From: an uncultured Candidatus Rokubacteria bacterium
Lineage (GTDB): Bacteria > Methylomirabilota > Methylomirabilia > Rokubacteriales > CSP1-6
DNA: 64,000 nucleotides
Assembly (NCBI GenBank): GCA_963771355.1
Contig: CAVYTA010000006.1
Coordinates: forward strand, 2,432,001-2,496,000
Direction: 5' to 3'
Shown one piece after another: positions 58,358 through 64,000 of this stretch. A program made the position numbers and the translations under genes. Numbering within the stretch: position 1 is the first letter of the stretch; every line of letters starts with the position of its first letter. The notes below the pieces were generated by a model. It made no database searches and had not been told where the DNA came from. It saw nothing but the letters and a program-made list of their open reading frames with translations.

Positions 58358-58891
58358 CTCCGTACCGATCGGCGTCTAACCCCCTTTGCCGCCGCTGACG
58401 AGCGCCGTTTGTGACGACGCGATGGAACTTCTCTTCTCGGGGCATAGATCGTCGTGGCTATGGTGCCTCCGACATTGGCGACAGCACGAAGAAGTTTCGG
58501 ACTGAGAGAGGTCTCGCAAGGGCCTGCTGTCTTGCCGGGTCCCCGCGGGTACCAGCGGCCGGACCCCACCGGCCGTTCATACAACAGACTCACGAACTCC
58601 CCACCCTCATATCCGACGTTGAAAACACGTGACTCCGCGTGCCTCCACAGTCGACCGGCTCTGGGCGGAAGTGACTCGACCACCTTGAGCAGGGCCCAGA
58701 TCGTCTGTTCCGGCGTCAACGGTCTCACCGACTTTGCTTCGATCCTCGCAAGACACTTCCGCCGAACTTTGCCAACATGGAGGACGAGACTTCGGGGCTC
58801 CACGGCGGCCGCAAATGCGGCGAGATCCTCCCGCGACCACACCTCCAGGTCGACATTGATGAAGTGAGGCCCGCTGAAAGCGAGCCCCCGC
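58354..58891 (-). pseudogene. hypothetical cassette gene with no clear start codon
   Basis: Coding-like PHFINVDLEVWSREDL...IATTIY begins right after the upstream stop at 58892 with no ATG/SD; C-terminus reads through GTTAGAC. Confidence 0.5.
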
Positions 58892-59617
58892 TTAGATATA
58901 GAGGTCCTGAGCACTGTGCCACTCGTGTCCGAGGTTGCGCATGACAAGAGCGCAGTCGAACGCCACGCTTCCTCTCGGAAATCTCGCCTCGTCGGAGAAG
59001 TAAGTGGAATGAACTTCTTCCACTTGGAGAGGCTCCACGCTCCATCCCTGCGTCCGAAGCTCGATCCCGTCGAGCCGGCCCGCATCACTCGTGACGGAAT
59101 AGCCGACGGAGCCGGGCTCAAAGAAAGCAGACGCCTCCGCAAGGGACGAGAAACATGATGAGCTGGGAAGCCCGCCCCCGTCGAGCCTCCCGCGGAGCCT
59201 CACCGACACTTCGCGATCGTCGGACTGCATGCTGAGGTCGATGCCGTCCGAGGCCTCTCGGACGGAGAAACGGGCGCGGTGATGCTCTCCGGGGAAGAGC
59301 CGACCGCCGGCGAAGTGGTTCATGGCCGACCCTGTGTCCCGGCGCGGAATAAAGACCCCCTCCTTCTCGCTGTCCTCCGCCAGCCAACGCACAGCGACCC
59401 GGTGGGCGGCATTCTCACTTGAGAGGCCGAGGAGGGAGGGAACGAATCGGGGGCGGACAGACTCTAGCCGGATCAGACAGATCCCGGCGATGGAATGGCC
59501 CCGATGAAGCTTTGGGCGAAAGCGCGATGGAAGCTGCGTCTGCATGACGACTGGGTCGATCCTGAAATTCACGAGTATGCGTCGCCGAATCACGCCCTGG
59601 ATGACCGGGAGCCGCAT
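58892..59617 (-). CDS. DUF2071 (YqjF-like) protein
   Basis: GVIRRRILVNFR, AGICLIRL, SENAAHR, GGRLFPG. Confidence 0.78.
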   Translation of the reverse strand: MRLPVIQGVIRRRILVNFRIDPVVMQTQLPSRFRPKLHRGHSIAGICLIRLESVRPRFVPSLLGLSSENAAHRVAVRWLAEDSEKEGVFIPRRDTGSAMNHFAGGRLFPGEHHRARFSVREASDGIDLSMQSDDREVSVRLRGRLDGGGLPSSSCFSSLAEASAFFEPGSVGYSVTSDAGRLDGIELRTQGWSVEPLQVEEVHSTYFSDEARFPRGSVAFDCALVMRNLGHEWHSAQDLYI

Positions 59618-59641
59618 GTTCGCCTGTCCCCATTCTGTGGA

Positions 59642-60040
59642 CTAGCTTTTGGCTGTGGACTTGTTCAGGGCCACGGCGGCGCGAACGAGAGTCTTCAACG
59701 CCTTCTCGTCTATCTTTTCGCCCTCGTGGAAGTCGATGGCCCGCCTTGTGTTCCCGTCAAGACTGGAGTTGAAGAGGCCCGAAGGATCCTTCAGAGCCGC
59801 CCCTTTGGCGAAGGTCATCTTCACGACGGTCTTGTAAGTCTCGCCTGTGCAGATCAATCCGTCGTGCGACCACACCGGAACCCCTCTCCACTTCCACTCC
59901 TCGACGACCTCGGGATCGGCTTCCTTGACTAAGGTGCGGAGCCGGCTGAGCATCTCGCCCCGCCAGTCGCCTAGCTCCTTGATTCTCGCGTCGATCAGCT
60001 GAGAAGGAGACTTGCTGTTCTGCGACCCGCTCTTCTTCAT
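59642..60040 (-). CDS. DUF1801 (YdhG-like) protein
   Basis: DWRGEMLSRLR, EEWKWRGVPVW, FAKGAALKDP. Confidence 0.88.
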   Translation of the reverse strand: MKKSGSQNSKSPSQLIDARIKELGDWRGEMLSRLRTLVKEADPEVVEEWKWRGVPVWSHDGLICTGETYKTVVKMTFAKGAALKDPSGLFNSSLDGNTRRAIDFHEGEKIDEKALKTLVRAAVALNKSTAKS

Positions 60041-60130
60041 GCCCGTTTCTCTTCCTTACTTGCGAGGCTTTGATAAATGGGGGTCACCGCCGCCGTGCCG
60101 ATTTTACGCTCTTATGCGCCATGACCGCAG

Positions 60131-60640
60131 TCAGCCAGTTGACGCCGTCGGCATGAGCATGTTCAGAAAGTCGGAGAGATGGTGGGCCACTAGTCTCCCC
60201 GGGTGCGGCCCGATCTGGTGCTCCGCCGCAATGTTGTCGTGATAGACCTGATACACGGGCGGGTCTTCTTTCTCCAGAGGGATGAAATACGGATCGCCGA
60301 TGCCGTCACCATCAGCTGCGATGCAGACGAACCCGAGAGGGAGAATATCGCACCCCGGCGTGAGTTCGCTTGATTCAACGGCCATGTTGCCCGGGTCGGC
60401 CAGGATAATGTAGCTCCGTCCGTCGAAATCATCCTCGGGCGGATAGGCCTGCCAGAATAGCTCCGCACCGCAGAGCGAGTAGTTCTGGAGCAGAGCGCTC
60501 AGCCACGGAGGAAGGGTCAGTCCAAGGGAAGTTGCAAGTGCAGTGTACTGCTCCTCCGTTGCCATAAACGAGCCAGCGCCAGCAGAGCGAAGCCGTTCAC
60601 ACAACGCATTCGCGGCGGCGTGGAGCGCGGGGCTCATCAT
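60131..60640 (-). CDS. SMI1/KNR4 (SUKH)-like immunity protein
   Basis: LGLTLPPWL, IAADGDGIGDPYF, DPPVYQVYHD, VAHHLSDFL. Confidence 0.7.
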   Translation of the reverse strand: MMSPALHAAANALCERLRSAGAGSFMATEEQYTALATSLGLTLPPWLSALLQNYSLCGAELFWQAYPPEDDFDGRSYIILADPGNMAVESSELTPGCDILPLGFVCIAADGDGIGDPYFIPLEKEDPPVYQVYHDNIAAEHQIGPHPGRLVAHHLSDFLNMLMPTASTG

Positions 60641-60650
60641 GGCGAGGTCC

Positions 60651-60695
60651 GGCTAATGCCCAAGCTCAGCCGTCGGCTGGAGCACCTTGTTAGCC
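60651..60695 (-). other. shortened attC site (45 bp)
   Basis: GGCTAAC-AAGGT-GCTCCAGC-CGACG-GCTGAGC-TTGGGC-ATTAGCC; SRPBCC stop TAA lies in R''. Confidence 0.8.
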
Positions 60696-61124
60696 GCTGC
60701 CATGTTTGCGTAACACCTCTGCCGACAACCGATCAAGAAGCTGCTCGTTTGCCGGCACTAAGATTCGCTCCATGCGGCGACCAACATCAGGATTCTCGAA
60801 GTCTTGATTCCAACCGACCAGAGTCCCACCATCTGCGGTTGGCTCTAGAGTTACTGTCAGGAGATACCGTGGCTGTGATACGTGGTGAATAACGATCCTC
60901 TTGGGCGGCTCAATCTCCGTAATGACAATTTCATTGGGATAGTTCTTCCCGTCCGGCCCGTGCATCGTGAACGACCATTTCCCGCCTGGCTTAAACTCAT
61001 AAGTCTTGAAGGTATTGGTGAAACCAGCCGGTCCCCACCAAACTGCTAGGCGAGCGTCGTCCTCGAACGCAGCAAAGACACTCGATGGCGGTGCGGCAAT
61101 CTTGCGTGACGCCTGGAAGGTCAT
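60690..61124 (-). CDS. SRPBCC/Aha1 domain cassette protein
   Basis: WWGPAGFTNT, FTMHGPDGKNY, ANEQLLDRL. Confidence 0.85.
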   Translation of the reverse strand: MTFQASRKIAAPPSSVFAAFEDDARLAVWWGPAGFTNTFKTYEFKPGGKWSFTMHGPDGKNYPNEIVITEIEPPKRIVIHHVSQPRYLLTVTLEPTADGGTLVGWNQDFENPDVGRRMERILVPANEQLLDRLSAEVLRKHGSG

Positions 61125-61169
61125 AGCATTTACGCTCCTGCAACCCGACATGTTGTTCCGCTGAAGCGG

Positions 61170-61602
61170 CAAACGGGCAGGCTGAGCGGCCACGACGGAC
61201 GCCAAGCAGCGGTGAAAAGTGCCCCACTCCCGTTGCCGTGTCCCAAAAGACGATGGGGACGCTGCCGCGAGCGAGGCTGGCGGCAAGCCGTCTCAGACTC
61301 GTTGCCGGCAGTATCGGGACTCCAAGCTCACGGGCCCGACGGTAAAGGCGACGTTCCAACGGGGTTGGCCTGGGATCTCGGTTCGAGTGGAATTGAACTG
61401 AGAGGCCGTGCTCGGCCAGGGCGGTTGCCAGTCCGATCGTGAACACCCCGTGGCGTCGTGTGTACCTGCACGCTTTGATCAGCCTCGCCGCCGACACCCT
61501 CTTCCCGAAGTGTCGGAGCACCGTCTACGCTGCCAGCAAGCCGCAATGGCCATCCGTCGCAAGGAGTTTCCTCGGCGCATCGGCGTAGTCGGGGAACTCC
61601 AT
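61170..61602 (-). pseudogene. C39/papain-like peptidase cassette with in-frame TAG (61525-61527) and lost 3' end; left boundary approximate
   Basis: MEFPDY...DGHCGLLAA*TVLRHFG...GVGHFSPLLG; starts 12 nt after attC R'. Confidence 0.65.
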
Positions 61603-61613
61603 GTCAGCTATCC

Positions 61614-61679
61614 GCCGAACGCCAGCATCGGCCGTTTGCGGAGCGGAGCGGTGCAAATCGGCTGCATGCCGTGTTGGGT
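61614..61679 (-). other. attC site (66 bp)
   Basis: ACCCAAC-ACGG-CATGCAGC...hairpin...GCCGATG-CTGGC-GTTCGGC; extrahelical G in L'', one L-box mismatch. Confidence 0.85.
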
Positions 61680-61740
61680 GGCAGTGACGGTCATGAGGAG
61701 TTGAAACGCGATTTGTACTCCATGATGCCAAACGCCAACT

Positions 61741-62310
61741 TCAGCGCGTGATCCTCTTCAGATCGTGGCGCATGATCGGGCGAGATGGCGTACGGCGCGC
61801 AACGATCTTGAAGCCAGCGCGCGCGAACGCCGAGGCTGTGCCCGTGAAAACATTCGAGGTACTTTCCGGTCGCGCCGTGTCAACCGGATAAGCTTCGAGG
61901 GCGGGCGCCTTGGCGCGCTTGGCGGCTTTCACTGCCGCGGTGATCAAGGCCGACCGGACGCCCTGCTTGCGATAACCCCGCCGCACATAAAAGCACGAGA
62001 TAGACCAGACGGGCACTTCATCAATGCGCTCAAAATGTCGCGCGCGATTGAGCCAGCCCAACGCATCGCGGGGCGTGAGCTGGCACCAGCCCACGGCCAG
62101 TTCACCGTCAAAAGCTAGCAAGCCCGGGGGTGGACCACGCTTCACGATCTCCCGAATGGCCGTTCGGTTTTTTGCTCGCGGGCGCTTGTGGTAGGCGCTG
62201 CCGATCCTCCAATACATGCACCAGCAGCCATTACTGGCACCCCCCTTCCCGAACAAGTCTTCAAAAGCAGGCCAGAGATTGGGCGTGAGTGGGCGGATCG
62301 TAAGCTGCAT
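61741..62310 (-). CDS. GNAT family acetyltransferase cassette
   Basis: CWCMYWR, GWCQLTPR, WSISCFYV, LEAYPVD, FARAGF. Confidence 0.88.
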   Translation of the reverse strand: MQLTIRPLTPNLWPAFEDLFGKGGASNGCWCMYWRIGSAYHKRPRAKNRTAIREIVKRGPPPGLLAFDGELAVGWCQLTPRDALGWLNRARHFERIDEVPVWSISCFYVRRGYRKQGVRSALITAAVKAAKRAKAPALEAYPVDTARPESTSNVFTGTASAFARAGFKIVARRTPSRPIMRHDLKRITR

Positions 62311-62355
62311 ATCGTATTCCTATACCTTTGCTCGGTTGTCAATTTGCGGAGTGCC

Positions 62356-62419
62356 ACCCAACGTCGAGCTAACCGGCGCTGCGGCTGTTTGCAGCGTCCG
62401 GTTAAGCGCCCAGTTAGGC
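62356..62419 (-). other. attC site (64 bp)
   Basis: GCCTAAC-TGGGC-GCTTAACC-GGACGCTGC...GCAGCGCC-GGTTAGC-TCGAC-GTTGGGT; upstream gene stop lies in R''. Confidence 0.93.
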
Positions 62420-62776
62420 GCTCGCTCTTCCAATTAGCCAGCGACACGTTGGCACCAGTATGCCTATCCCGACAGCCTGGTAAACGGGGGTAAAAAGAAC
62501 CGCAATTCCGCCCTGTGGGTCGGGATGGAGAAAAATGACATAGGTGAGGAATAGCAGTCCGCCCACCGTGACAATCGCGACAACCACAACATAAGCGATC
62601 GCCGACGCGCGTTCCTTGGCGAAGAACGTTAGCCCCAACGCAAGGGCTGCATATGGAAGTACAAGCCACACTGTAAAGAATGCCGCTGCACCAAGGCTAT
62701 TGGGCTTCAATACATTTACGAACGCGAGGCTCACCAAAGCGGAGACCGCGAGTATCGCGTAACTGAGAGCCTTCAT
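62414..62776 (-). CDS. four-TM hypothetical cassette protein
   Basis: Hydrophobic 120-aa ORF with markedly lower GC, HPDPQGGIA loop; bounded by attC sites. Confidence 0.8.
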   Translation of the reverse strand: MKALSYAILAVSALVSLAFVNVLKPNSLGAAAFFTVWLVLPYAALALGLTFFAKERASAIAYVVVVAIVTVGGLLFLTYVIFLHPDPQGGIAVLFTPVYQAVGIGILVPTCRWLIGRASA

Positions 62777-62799
62777 AACCTGCCGGCCATCCTATTCGC

Positions 62800-62869
62800 G
62801 CCTAGCGATTTGCGGCTCAGCGGCGAGGGCGGCGAAGCCGACCGAGTCCGCTGCAGCCGCGGGTTAGGC
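62800..62869 (-). other. attC site (70 bp) with R' GTT changed to GCT
   Basis: GCCTAAC-CCGCG-GCTGCAGC-GGAC...CGGCTTCGCCG...GCTGAGC-CGCAAATC-GCTAGGC. Confidence 0.88.
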
Positions 62870-62901
62870 GACTGAAGGCTAAGCTTCACGGAGCGCCGGG
62901 T

Positions 62902-63294
62902 TTACCGCCCCGCTCCAGCCGGCAACCATCGGGCGGCAGCATCGGCGCTATCGTCGGGCCGTGTATTGAAGGCTATTGCCGCACCTGGGGCAGCTTTATG
63001 AACAGCGTTGATGACGGCTTCGAATAGTGCAAGGCCCCGGGGCGGCAGCCGGACTCCGGCTCCGATGACAACACAATCATAGCTCTTAGTAGCTAATTGA
63101 CGCTCAACTGCCGGCCCAGCGGTTTCATTCGGCCGGATGTAGCCAACATCGGCCTCCCATCCGCGTTCAGCGAACTGCTTCAGCGCAACCGCAATGCCGG
63201 CGTGAATCTTCTCGACGGTCATACCTGGCGGCAAGGCAGGGTCGGAGAAATCCACAGTTTCCGGATCGTAGCCGACGAGCAGAATCCTCGTCAT
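62902..63294 (-). CDS. hypothetical cassette protein (small alpha/beta fold)
   Basis: GAGGGAGG SD; YDCVVIGAGVR, IAFNTRPDDSADAAARWL. Confidence 0.8.
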   Translation of the reverse strand: MTRILLVGYDPETVDFSDPALPPGMTVEKIHAGIAVALKQFAERGWEADVGYIRPNETAGPAVERQLATKSYDCVVIGAGVRLPPRGLALFEAVINAVHKAAPGAAIAFNTRPDDSADAAARWLPAGAGR

Positions 63295-63337
63295 GAGCCC
63301 TCCCTCGTTTTGCTGCTGTCTCACTCTAGCGCGGGTC

Positions 63338-63425
63338 GCCTAACGCTAGGTTTCAGGCGCGGCGGATAGCGGGAGCGAGGCACGAGTGGACGCTGTTCGC
63401 CGTCGCCTGCAAACCCTTGTTAGCC
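63338..63425 (-). other. attC site (88 bp)
   Basis: GGCTAAC-AAGGG-TTTGCAGG-CGACGGCG...CGCCGCG-CCTGAAA-CCTAGC-GTTAGGC; extrahelical G in L''. Confidence 0.93.
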
Positions 63426-63517
63426 AGCATGTTGATGCCCAACTTACCCATCGACCATGAAACGCAAACGGCCTGGGGCTTCTGCGACAAACACACGACC
63501 AATGCTTCATCTGATAT

Positions 63518-64000
63518 TCAGTGGCTCCGCAGGCCACCGCCGGTGAGGTGCATGATCACGAACAGCAGGGCCAGGCCGATGGCGTGGATCCCAACCACGT
63601 AAACTCAGCGTGGGGCCCTGGTGGCGGATCCCAGACCCGGCCCCACGTCGGATCCGGGATGGGAGGGCAGGTCAGCCAGCGACACCTTACGCCGCTCGTG
63701 CTGCTTACGCCGCCCGTACGGGGTCATGCCCCACGGCTTGTATACCGCGAGCACCGTTGCCGCGAGCAACACCAGCAGGCCGCCCCCAGCGTGCACCACG
63801 AGGTGAATCCGCTGCGCGCGGAAGTCTGTAGCGGACAATGTGGTCTCTGCCGCTACGCCTGCCATGGCTGTTACTGCCTGCATGTGCCGCAGCAACACCA
63901 TGGTGGCACTCGTGATCAGAAGGAACTTCGCCAAGACCCACCAGTGCCGGAACAAGCCCCACTGAGTTCCCAGTGACTCGACAAGCCCGGCGAGCAGTGT
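63518..64000 (-). pseudogene. DUF2269-like membrane protein, 5'-partial, with premature TGA at 63605-63607
   Basis: LGTQWGLFRHWWVLAK, LAVYKPWGMTPYG; the frame continues after the stop as VYVVGIHAIGLALLFVIMHLTGGGLRSH*. Confidence 0.7.

Larger units (their letters stand above)
56956..64000 (-). mobile_element. integron gene-cassette array (distal part, or CALIN); no integrase in window
   Basis: Multiple co-oriented attC sites alternating with short unrelated genes; complementary cassette ends; compositional shift. Confidence 0.9.

Noticed and set aside
59618..59660. attC between the DUF1801 and DUF2071 genes
   Set aside because: The 24-nt spacer has only a GTCCACAG direct repeat and no R boxes.
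61140..61185. attC between the peptidase pseudogene and the SRPBCC gene
   Set aside because: Only CCGCTTCAGC and GTCGGGT fragments; no R'' or L'' box and no match to the expected GTTAGCC.
62311..62345. Internal promoter in the GNAT cassette (TTGACA)
   Set aside because: Candidate -10 boxes are 12 or 20 nt away, not 16-18.
61525..63607. Selenocysteine, pyrrolysine or genetic-code reassignment at the in-frame stops
   Set aside because: Both positions fit Trp, they use different stop codons, no SECIS-like hairpin is evident, and TGA/TAG are normal stops elsewhere in the window.
55000..64000. CRISPR array or REP/BIME interpretation of the intergenic hairpins
   Set aside because: The elements are not identical repeats, are separated by whole genes and carry attC R/L boxes.
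1..64000. Integron integrase, transposase or other recombinase
   Set aside because: No ORF shows tyrosine-recombinase R-H-R-Y or DDE motifs.
1..64000. tRNA, rRNA or riboswitch (TPP before tenA, cobalamin before pduO, SAM before mesD)
   Set aside because: No cloverleaf or rRNA-like stretch was seen, and the relevant spacers are only 26-47 nt.

Overview
Very GC-rich bacterial chromosomal DNA; gene families such as the zinc-ribbon/cyclase/AAA/TPR protein, the ABC_sub_bind-type binding protein and several LLM oxidoreductases suggest a Rokubacteria-like soil organism (inference only). About 1-47 kb is dense metabolic and transport genes: an acyl-CoA catabolic operon, a frameshifted class III cyclase-STAND-TPR gene, metal and peptide ABC components, a MesD-like methionine synthase, GGT, PduO, a PanE-like/M28/peptide-ABC/SDR operon, a MoxR-DUF58-transglutaminase triad, a desaturase, a molybdoenzyme operon and TenA. 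The main discovery lies at about 55-64 kb: short, unrelated, co-oriented (minus-strand) genes of visibly lower and variable GC, separated by integron attC sites. Four attC sites are full-length (63338-63425, 62800-62869, 62356-62419, 61614-61679), and several more are mutated, collapsed or chimeric further left. Cassette starts and ends are reverse-complementary over 8-11 nt. No integrase is in the window, so this is the distal, decaying end of an integron array or a CALIN. Towards the left the attC sites disappear and former cassette genes become butt-joined by ATGA/GTGA overlaps. Other signals: a perfect sigma-54 promoter on an ABC exporter facing two unknown coiled-coil exported proteins, probable ATT and ATC start codons, several leaderless promoters, three single-base frameshifts and two Trp-to-stop pseudogenes. 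All family assignments are from motif recognition, not database searches.
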